A stretch of DNA of 64,000 nucleotides from an uncultured bacterium (lineage in GTDB: Bacteria; Patescibacteriota; Minisyncoccia; UBA6257; GWB1-50-10): NCBI GenBank assembly GCA_963713955.1, contig OY970216.1, forward strand, positions 209,934 through 273,933, given 5' to 3'. Position 1 is the stretch's first letter; every line of letters begins with the position of its first letter. Shown one piece after another: positions 19,320-26,872 of this stretch. The notes under the pieces are model-generated. The model saw only the letters and a program-made list of their open reading frames with translations. It made no database searches and was not told the origin of the DNA. Both the position numbers and the translations under genes were made by a program.

Positions 19320-19535
19320 ATGAGCCGACAATTTACCGCCATTTATAAAAAGACCGGGAAATGGTATTCTGCTTGGGTAGAAGAAATTCCCGGCGTTAAT
19401 ACTCAAGGCCGCACACTAAAAGAAGCCAAAGAAAATCTCAAGGAAGCTCTGGTGCTTGTTTTAGAAACGAGTAAACTTTTGGTCAAAAGCTCTGATTCTA
19501 AGGTTTTAAGAGAACCGATTTCCGTGTCTTTATGA
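19320..19535 (+). CDS. hicB: HicB-family antitoxin
   Basis: WYSAWVEEIPGVNTQGRTLKEAKENLKEAL. Confidence 0.9.
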   Translation: MSRQFTAIYKKTGKWYSAWVEEIPGVNTQGRTLKEAKENLKEALVLVLETSKLLVKSSDSKVLREPISVSL

Positions 19536-19723
19536 AGAGGCGCGAACTTGTGAATCGTATCATGAAGCAAGGTTGCGTTTTTGTACGCGAGGGCGCTAAG
19601 CATAGCGTCTTTTTTAATCCCGAAACAAAAAGAATTTCGACGGTACCGCGTCATCAGGAAATCAATAATTTCTTAGCCGAGAAAATCTGTCAGGACTTGG
19701 GCATACCAAAGTCGAGGAAATAG
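19532..19723 (+). CDS. hicA: HicA-family mRNA interferase toxin
   Basis: REGAKHSVF...TVPRHQEI...ICQDLG. Confidence 0.9.
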   Translation: MKRRELVNRIMKQGCVFVREGAKHSVFFNPETKRISTVPRHQEINNFLAEKICQDLGIPKSRK

Positions 19724-19810
19724 CGGCTACGGCTGGTTCTCGTTCAACTCGAGTGATGTCCAGGGATGCTCACGAAGTAATACTCAGTGTCAGCCAATCG
19801 TCAGCTTAAT

Positions 19811-20284
19811 ATGAACACCTATTTGAAGAAGTTCATCGACTCCGAGTTTGACAGACCAGGTAAGGCGTTGGATCTGGGGGCGGGAGATTTTTTTGACGTG
19901 GTTTGCCTAAAGCAGCTGAAATGGCAATGCGAAGGCGTAGATATAAAGACCGGCGTTGACTTAGAGAAGCCCTACCTTTCTCCAAGGAGACCGTTTGATC
20001 TTGTTTATTCCAACTACTTAATCCACAAACTCAAGAACAAAAAGCAACTTATCAAGACAGTATTCAACAATTTAAAAAGCGGGGGTTGGTTTTTCCTCCA
20101 CACTTTTGACAAGTCAGATCCTAACAGCCGGTCAACTATTACTGCTAAGTCTATAGAAAATCTATTGAACAAAGAAAGTTTTAAAAGCATTGGCACGCGG
20201 ATTTTCAGCTATTACGATAATGAAGAGGGCCACAAGCATTGGCATAGGATTCTGGAGGTTACCGCGCAGAAACAAGAAGCATAA
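19811..20284 (+). CDS. Short class I SAM methyltransferase
   Basis: ALDLGAG, FDLVYSNY, NLKSGG. Confidence 0.8.
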   Translation: MNTYLKKFIDSEFDRPGKALDLGAGDFFDVVCLKQLKWQCEGVDIKTGVDLEKPYLSPRRPFDLVYSNYLIHKLKNKKQLIKTVFNNLKSGGWFFLHTFDKSDPNSRSTITAKSIENLLNKESFKSIGTRIFSYYDNEEGHKHWHRILEVTAQKQEA

Positions 20285-20332
20285 AATGGGAGAAGGCTGA
20301 TACCTGCATCAGCCTTTTGAACTTCTTATTTG

Positions 20333-20373
20333 CCCGCGTGGTTTCACCACTGTTCCGGGCTTTTCTGCATTTA
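20333..20373 (+). repeat. Direct repeat C, upstream of TrpR-like operon
   Basis: cccgcgtggtttcaccactgttccgggcttttctgc; near-copy at 23517; 3' half also at 18941. Confidence 0.75.
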
Positions 20374-20422
20374 ATGGAGCCACTATTGACAATTTTATTT
20401 CCACGCTTTAGTATACTAAAGT

Positions 20423-20725
20423 ATGAAAGAACAAGATAAATGGATGAATAGGAATAGCGACGCACTTTTTGAGGCCATTCTTAGGCTTAGGAATCTCAAT
20501 GAAACCAGGAGATTCTTCAGGGATCTCATGGCCGAGAAGGAAATCGCTGAATTCAGTAACCGGTGGAAGGCTGCGCGGATGCTTAACCAAAAGATGTCCT
20601 ACAAAAAGATAGCCAAGGAGACCGGCTTGAGCTCGACGACTATCGCACGAGTACAGAAGTGGCTCAAGGGGAATCTGGGCGGTTACCGGCTAATATTGAG
20701 AAGATCAGGACAGAACTATTTATGA
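20423..20725 (+). CDS. YerC/YecD TrpR-like DNA-binding protein
   Basis: LFEAILRL...FFRDL...RWKAARML...SYKKI..ETGLSSTTIARV. Confidence 0.92.
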   Translation: MKEQDKWMNRNSDALFEAILRLRNLNETRRFFRDLMAEKEIAEFSNRWKAARMLNQKMSYKKIAKETGLSSTTIARVQKWLKGNLGGYRLILRRSGQNYL

Positions 20726-21264
20726 AAAAGTTACCAAGAAAGTTACAAATAGGCGTTGTGGGATCAGCCGCCGATCTGAAATACTCAAAGAAGATGCAGA
20801 GTATAGCTTATGAGGTAGGGAAAATGATTGCAGAGAGCGGGGCGATAGTGGTTTATGGCGCCGAGAAGGATTATGACTCCCTTTCCACGGCCGCTGCGAG
20901 GGGTGCAAAGGAAGCAGGCGGGATAACCGTTGGCATCACCTATGGGAGGGGGAAAAATATTTGGGACAAGAGTGGCTCGGCAAGTATCGTCATTGTAACA
21001 GGTGTTGAGCGAGGAGGGGGTAGGGAATTTGTCCTCGTGAACTCGTGTGATGTGATTATTGTTATATCAGGAGGATCGGGGACGCTCACCGAGATGGCGA
21101 TGGCGTACCAAATGGATATCCCTATCATCGCTGTAGCGGGGACTGGTGGATGGGCTGATAAGCTCGCTGGTAAGTATATAGATAAACGAAGACGACTAAG
21201 AATCTTGAAAGCAAGAACGCCTCGGCAAGCGGTAATATCAGCTCTCAATGTCGCAAGAACTTGA
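20722..21264 (+). CDS. LOG/SLOG-family (TIGR00725-like) nucleotide-binding protein
   Basis: IGVVGS, AARGAKEAGG, SGGSGTLTEMAMAY, GTGGWAD. Confidence 0.85.
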   Translation: MKKLPRKLQIGVVGSAADLKYSKKMQSIAYEVGKMIAESGAIVVYGAEKDYDSLSTAAARGAKEAGGITVGITYGRGKNIWDKSGSASIVIVTGVERGGGREFVLVNSCDVIIVISGGSGTLTEMAMAYQMDIPIIAVAGTGGWADKLAGKYIDKRRRLRILKARTPRQAVISALNVART

Positions 21265-21273
21265 GAGCCCTCA

Positions 21274-22047
21274 ATGATTACTCCCCGCCAGAAACAAGTT
21301 CTCTTCATTGCCTGCACGCACGGCAACGAACCGATAGGGAAATTGGCAGTTGAGGGACTTTTGAAAAACAAAAATCTGTCGCGAAAATTCGATTGTGTCA
21401 TCGGGAACCCCAGGGCGTACGCTAGAAATATTCGCTTTACAGACTCTGATCTCAACCGATCTGCGCCTGGCAGGCAATACTCGAAAAAATATGAGGTGAG
21501 ACGCGCCTTTCAACTGATCCAGCTTTTCAAGAGGTACCGATACGTTATCGATCTCCATCAAACCAGGGCGAATAATCGGATAGTAGTCATTATTCCAAAG
21601 CTTACCCGCCGTTCTCTGGCGCTTGCTCTGGCCTTTGACGTAAGGGATGTTCTCATCTGGCCATCATCGTCCTCATTAAAATCACGACTCAGGCCGCTCA
21701 CCGAGTACAAAGACTATGGTATAGAGATAGAATCCGGGATCAAAGCAAATCCACGAAAAACCTTAATGAAGCTTACAGTGATCGTCTATGATTTCCTCAT
21801 GAAAGATTCGGGAGCGATATCGACAAACCTTGAAGATTTGAAGGAAAAAATTTGCAAGAGAAAGTTTTATTTAGTTTATGATCGCATTGGTATAGAGGAC
21901 ATTCAAGGTGCCACAGTCGAGGATTTCAAAGAGGTGGATACGGGAGAGAAAAAGTACATTGCTTTGCTCTTTGGGAGACGTCAGGGATTGATCGGATATA
22001 AGATGCGCCGCGTGAGTGAAAAGTGGATCAGTAATTCCATTTCTTAA
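21274..22047 (+). CDS. Succinylglutamate desuccinylase/aspartoacylase (M14) family protein
   Basis: THGNE, DLNR..PG, VIDLH motifs. Confidence 0.85.
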   Translation: MITPRQKQVLFIACTHGNEPIGKLAVEGLLKNKNLSRKFDCVIGNPRAYARNIRFTDSDLNRSAPGRQYSKKYEVRRAFQLIQLFKRYRYVIDLHQTRANNRIVVIIPKLTRRSLALALAFDVRDVLIWPSSSSLKSRLRPLTEYKDYGIEIESGIKANPRKTLMKLTVIVYDFLMKDSGAISTNLEDLKEKICKRKFYLVYDRIGIEDIQGATVEDFKEVDTGEKKYIALLFGRRQGLIGYKMRRVSEKWISNSIS

Positions 22048-22049
22048 TC

Positions 22050-22805
22050 ATGGAATCCGGCAAGACAATCACCATCCTCTCGACTTTTACCGAGGATATA
22101 CTTGTGAACGAAGAAGGGGAAGTGATCAGGAAACAAAGAGGAGGACCGGCATTTTATCTCGAGCGGACCTTCAGGCGTGAGAAAGTAACGTCAGTTTTAA
22201 AGACTGGTCCCGAGATGGAAGTCAAAATCCTTGTGGCAAAAACAGGAGAGCTTGGCATGGTTTCACGGGGGTCGTCACCACAGAAAGTAAGATTCTCGGA
22301 CCTCAAAACACCATTTCTCCTTATTTCCACAGTGTTAAACGAATTTGATCTGACCGAGCTTCCGCAGTTCAGAGGATTTGTATTTCTCGATGTTCAAGGC
22401 TATGTAAGAAACGGCAGTCGTTTTGGAAAGAAGAAGCTATGGCGTCCCACCAATAGGGTGTTTAGCAGTATTTTCTGCCTCAAGGGCACTGGAGAAGAAT
22501 TGAAGAGTTTACCGGATCACTATCTTGAGACTCAAAGGGGAAAAATTCTCATAACCACGAATGGTAAAAGTGGTTGTGAAATTTTCACCTTCGGTAAACG
22601 TGATGTTGTAAAACCGAAAAGAATTGTCGTGACAGGAAACACGGTAGGGGCCGGCGATACATTTTTCGCTAATTTTATTTCCCATTTTACGAGGACAATG
22701 GATGCCTCCGTTAGTGCCAGGTACGCCGTGAAGGAAACCTCAGTTTTCCTCTCCGCAATAAGTTCGTGTAATCTTAAATGCAATCACCCTAATGAAACAA
22801 GATAG
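22050..22805 (+). CDS. PfkB-family carbohydrate/nucleoside kinase
   Basis: GGPAFY, LDVQGYVR, NTVGAGDTF. Confidence 0.85.
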   Translation: MESGKTITILSTFTEDILVNEEGEVIRKQRGGPAFYLERTFRREKVTSVLKTGPEMEVKILVAKTGELGMVSRGSSPQKVRFSDLKTPFLLISTVLNEFDLTELPQFRGFVFLDVQGYVRNGSRFGKKKLWRPTNRVFSSIFCLKGTGEELKSLPDHYLETQRGKILITTNGKSGCEIFTFGKRDVVKPKRIVVTGNTVGAGDTFFANFISHFTRTMDASVSARYAVKETSVFLSAISSCNLKCNHPNETR

Positions 22806-23504
22806 CAAGCTTATCATTTTTGATCTCGATGGGACTATCTATAAATTGGACGGCGGGTCTTATAAAAAATCCTCTTTACGGAGGGGCGTGTTGCGGAACG
22901 CAGTCAAATTCATCGGAGAAAGACTGTCTAGAAGTGAGGTAGAGGCTCAGAATGTACTCCGGACCATTAAAAAGAAATATGGTGAACAGATAAGTATCGG
23001 ATTGGAGAGAGAGTTTGGAATCGATCGCCATGATTACTTCAATACTGTTTGGGACATTCCGGCCCGTGATCTTGTTACAAAGAAAGACAGCGGGCGAAAA
23101 ATCCTACTAGCCCTGAGAAGGGAGTATGAAATGGCGCTTGTGTCTGATGCCCCACGTGTTTGGATAAACAACGTTCTAAAAGAGTTGGGAATTAAAACCT
23201 CTTTAGCGGTATGGTATTCTCTGGCGAGGGGAACCGACGCAAGGGTTTTGGTAATACTTTTGCGGATATCACACGAACTCTAAAAACCTCTCCACAAGAT
23301 TGTATTGTTATCGGTGATCAAGAGAATACAGACATTGTTCCTGCAAAGAGACTCGGCATGTACACTATCTTCGTCAGCCCAAAAAAACGTTCTCTCATAG
23401 CCGATGACACTATTTCATCCATTCGCGAACTCCCGGCGGCACTTAGAGCTGAGGCTCTTTTTAACTTCAACGAAAATCTACCAAAGGAAATTTTATTGCA
23501 GTGA
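22792..23504 (+). pseudogene. HAD-family hydrolase split by a 1-nt frameshift near 23196
   Basis: FDLDGT and LVSDA in ORF 22792-23283; VIGDQENTDIVPAKRLGM in ORF 23211-23504; adding one base gives ELGIK(x)LFSGMVFSGEG. Confidence 0.8.
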
Positions 23505-23516
23505 CTTTTGAAAAAA

Positions 23517-23655
23517 CCCGCATGGTTTCACCACTGTTCCGGTTTTTCTGCGTTTACGCGGCTTGTTTCTCCCGCCAGCAGGCTCTTCGGTTTTCAAAAT
23601 TCCACCCTCGCGCAAAAGCTATGCCTGAAAGTGGGATGCTACAGTTAACTGTAGC
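23517..23655 (+). repeat. Repeat C followed by hicBA-upstream repeat D
   Basis: 23517-23572 matches 20333 and 18941; 23598-23655 matches 19210-19268. Confidence 0.75.
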
Positions 23656-23717
23656 AGCTCGGATTTCTCAGACTATGCCGCGTTTGCATTTGAACGAGCT
23701 TGTTGTATAATCTAGAA

Positions 23718-23963
23718 ATGGCCAAGAAACAGCAGTTCAAAATTCTTATCGAGCAAGGTGATGACGGAATGTTTGTTGGGAGCGTTCCTTCCTTGCCTGG
23801 TTGTCATACGCAAGCTAAGACCCTCCCCGAGCTGAAGAAACGGATTCGGGAAGCGATTGAACTCTGTCTTGAAGTTGCCAAGGAAGATGCCAGCTACCGG
23901 GCGAGAATAAAACAGTTTGCTTACGAACCGACCTTCGTTGGCCTTGAGATGGTCAGCGTATGA
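23718..23963 (+). CDS. hicB: HicB-family antitoxin
   Basis: FVGSVPSLPGCHTQAKTLPELKKRIREAIEL; TATAAT 6 nt before ATG. Confidence 0.9.
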   Translation: MAKKQQFKILIEQGDDGMFVGSVPSLPGCHTQAKTLPELKKRIREAIELCLEVAKEDASYRARIKQFAYEPTFVGLEMVSV

Positions 23964-24187
23964 GCAGGCATCTACCTGTCTTGAAAGCAAAGGATGTTAT
24001 AAAGATTTTGAGAAAGCTGGGCTTTTATGAGGTGCGAACGAAAGGTTCGCACGTCTTTTTCAAGCATCCTGATGGCAGAGTGACGTTAGTCCCCGTGCAT
24101 AGGAGAGAAAATATAGGCAAAGTGCTCTTACATCAAATCATGAGAGAGGTTAAGATTACGCCTGAAGAATTCTCTAAGTTGTTATAA
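23960..24187 (+). CDS. hicA: HicA-family toxin
   Basis: LRKLGF..RTKGSHVFFKHPDGRVTLVPVH. Confidence 0.92.
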   Translation: MSRHLPVLKAKDVIKILRKLGFYEVRTKGSHVFFKHPDGRVTLVPVHRRENIGKVLLHQIMREVKITPEEFSKLL

Positions 24188-24370
24188 ATCCCTGCGGCTA
24201 CGGTTGGCTCTCTCTTTTCTCTTCAAGAGCTTCTTTGTTGAAAGAAATTTGGCAATCGGTTTCGCGCAGTTGGGACAAAAATCATAACTATCAAAACCAA
24301 TGCCGACGGAGATTGCTTCCCTCAGCTTCCTTAAACTCTTCCGACAGATATCACACTTGCGGATGATCAT
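24182..24370 (-). CDS. Small zinc-finger-like protein (CxxC...CxxC)
   Basis: MIIRKCDICRK...DFCPNCAKPI. Confidence 0.6.
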   Translation of the reverse strand: MIIRKCDICRKSLRKLREAISVGIGFDSYDFCPNCAKPIAKFLSTKKLLKRKERANRSRRDL

Positions 24371-24522
24371 ATCTTTTCTCTCGTGCAAGCAATTATACCA
24401 CGCCAAGATTTTTTTTCGAGGCCCTGTGGCTATGGTTTTCGAACAGCGCCGTTGGAGGATTCTTGGATTGCTCGTCGCCTCGGTGAAAACTCAATCTTCG
24501 TTTGCAAAGAGGCTAACAATGC

Positions 24523-25326
24523 TTAGCCTCTCTTTTTGTTTTTCTTCTGACAAATAAAAACCATTTGCTCGCTACCGGGTTTATACGGTTTCAGGCTGAA
24601 GTCGCCATAAACTTTTACCGGATACAAACCGACTTTTTCCAGTAAGGACTGTATTTCTATAAAATCTGCTTGATACCCAGATGCTGGATAATGCCAACGC
24701 CGAGTAACACTGTTAGCGTTTAAAATTTCCATAAAATAATGTATTTGAAAGATACGTCTCGCGGGAACCTGTATTGCGGAAAAAAGATTCCAAGTTTCAC
24801 TTTTTATTACCCGTGAGAAATGATATCTCACGGCATATTCCCTAGACAGATCATTAGGCGAGAACAGATCGAGAACAAATAGACCATTTTCATCGAGGTG
24901 CTCCGCTATGTTCTTGAGAGCTTTGTATTGTCTTTGTTGTATCTCTTCTGGTGAATAATATGCGTCGCCCTTCTGGGCAAGATATGCCAGACTATCAAAA
25001 GGCAGGAAAATGAGCTTGAATCGCTTGTTTCTAAACAGGGAGGAGGAAAACTCGACTAGATCGTCTTTGAAAATTTTAACTTTTCTGCCAGCTTTTAATG
25101 TTTTAACTTTTTTCCTGGCAATATCCAACATCGCAGCATTAGTATCGAAGCCCCAAATCTCCTTACCCGATTTCGCTATGGGAGCGAGAATACGACCAGC
25201 TCCGCAAGCACATTCCAATATCGGTCCATTAACCTTCTGAGCCAGGCGATAATAGAAATCTACATCATCTTTTTTATTCTCGTACTCCAGATCGTAAAAT
25301 TTTGCGTAAAGCTGCTCTCTGTTCAT
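24523..25326 (-). CDS. Class I SAM-dependent methyltransferase
   Basis: YAKFYD...DVDFY...GPILECACGAGRI; VYGDF. Confidence 0.9.
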   Translation of the reverse strand: MNREQLYAKFYDLEYENKKDDVDFYYRLAQKVNGPILECACGAGRILAPIAKSGKEIWGFDTNAAMLDIARKKVKTLKAGRKVKIFKDDLVEFSSSLFRNKRFKLIFLPFDSLAYLAQKGDAYYSPEEIQQRQYKALKNIAEHLDENGLFVLDLFSPNDLSREYAVRYHFSRVIKSETWNLFSAIQVPARRIFQIHYFMEILNANSVTRRWHYPASGYQADFIEIQSLLEKVGLYPVKVYGDFSLKPYKPGSEQMVFICQKKNKKRG

Positions 25327-25454
25327 AACAGTTTTATTATACCAATAAAAGCCGAACGAACAATGAAGATATTCCACCACTCCTCATACTAAGAAGTGAT
25401 GGAGTATAAAAAGGCAGAAAAGTCCGGAGGTGCTAAGCACACGGACTTTTCGTA

Positions 25455-26777
25455 TCACTTCAAAAGCAGCATCTTCTTCGTCAGTGACAACCCATCAGAG
25501 GTTGTCAGACAATAGAAGTATGTGCCCGACGGAAAGTGACTTCCGTCGAACTGTACGACACGAATTCCTGGAGAAACAGTACCGTCCACCAATGTCGCTA
25601 CTTCTTGCCCGAGAACATTGTAAACCTTGAGGGTCACAAATGTTCTCAAAGCAACCGTATAGCTGATCGTCGTGGTCGGGTTGAACGGGTTCGGGTAGTT
25701 CTGGTTCAGGGTGAAGCCGTAGGGCTGGTTTGTTGTCGCATGGACTGCGGTTATAACACCATCGACACGCCACAGACCATTGGTAGTGCCGACGAGAAGC
25801 GAATGATTCTGAATCGCCAGACTCATCACTCCGATGGGAATGCCATTGATGCTATTTGGTACTACTTGCGTCCATCGTGCTCCGTCGTATTTGAATACAC
25901 CACCAGTTGCCGATCCCTGCCCACTGAAGCCGACGAAAATGGTATTCTTCTGGCCCACGAGAATAGTGGTCGCCTCTTTCTGAGACGAATCTATTCCTGT
26001 GATTTTCGTCCAGGTACCGCCGTTATCAATCGACTGATACACACCATCACCGGTACCGGTGAATGGGTTTCCGGTTCCGGCGTATAGGACACCGTTACTG
26101 TCAGCAGCTATGGCCTCAACATCTTGGAAGTTGATACCATTATCACTAGGCTGCCACGTTTTCCCTTCATTGGTGGAACAGAAAACGCTCGCACTATTCG
26201 CAATATTAACTGTCCCAGCAAAGATGAAACCTCTCGTATACACCAGAGTATTCACATACAGCGTGCTATCGTAGAAGATAGTTTTCCAATTTTCGCCGCC
26301 ATCAAATGATTGTAGGATGCCACCAGAAATGCCAGCCATAATTGCATCTCCTCTGATCAGGAAACATGTGATTGACGCACTATGCTTCCACGTTGTATAG
26401 GGTGACGGTGGAGAAGGTTGGGTCCAGCTTGAACCATTGTCGGTGGAACGGAATAACCCGTTCACGGTCCCGACAAGTATAGCGTTGGTCTTGGGATCGC
26501 GAACGACCGCATAGCTATAACGAGACCACCAATCGAGATTGATAGGCAATTGGGTCCATACTGCACCGTCATCCGTCGTCTGCATTATGCCCATATCAGC
26601 GGTAGCGGCAAGTATGTCATTGCTATCGCCGTCAACCCATAGTGAATTGACATTGATGCTCTGACCTATAAGACTGTCCGGCCAGATGTACGAGTAGGAA
26701 ACAGACGTACTGGATTGGCTTCTCGCGGACGAGATGCCAATCAGTACGGCTGCGAGAAACAATCCAATATTTTTCAT
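25455..26777 (-). CDS. BNR-repeat beta-propeller with T9SS type A C-terminal sorting domain
   Basis: Signal peptide; STDNGSSW-type repeats; C-term FTLNQNYPNPFNPTT...YNVLGQEVATLV...SGTYFYCL...KKMLLLK; SD AGAAAGGAG. Confidence 0.88.
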   Translation of the reverse strand: MKNIGLFLAAVLIGISSARSQSSTSVSYSYIWPDSLIGQSINVNSLWVDGDSNDILAATADMGIMQTTDDGAVWTQLPINLDWWSRYSYAVVRDPKTNAILVGTVNGLFRSTDNGSSWTQPSPPSPYTTWKHSASITCFLIRGDAIMAGISGGILQSFDGGENWKTIFYDSTLYVNTLVYTRGFIFAGTVNIANSASVFCSTNEGKTWQPSDNGINFQDVEAIAADSNGVLYAGTGNPFTGTGDGVYQSIDNGGTWTKITGIDSSQKEATTILVGQKNTIFVGFSGQGSATGGVFKYDGARWTQVVPNSINGIPIGVMSLAIQNHSLLVGTTNGLWRVDGVITAVHATTNQPYGFTLNQNYPNPFNPTTTISYTVALRTFVTLKVYNVLGQEVATLVDGTVSPGIRVVQFDGSHFPSGTYFYCLTTSDGLSLTKKMLLLK

Positions 26778-26872
26778 TTTCAACTCCTTTCTAAACTCTA
26801 TTATAACATAAATGCTCAATCTTTGCAACAAAAAGGCGATACGGTAAAAGAATATATGCTATAATACAAGAA

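Noticed and set aside
18900-24212. Classical integron with attC sites
   Set aside because: No intI in the window and no clear RYYYAAC...GTTRRRY boundaries; kept only as a cassette-like finding.
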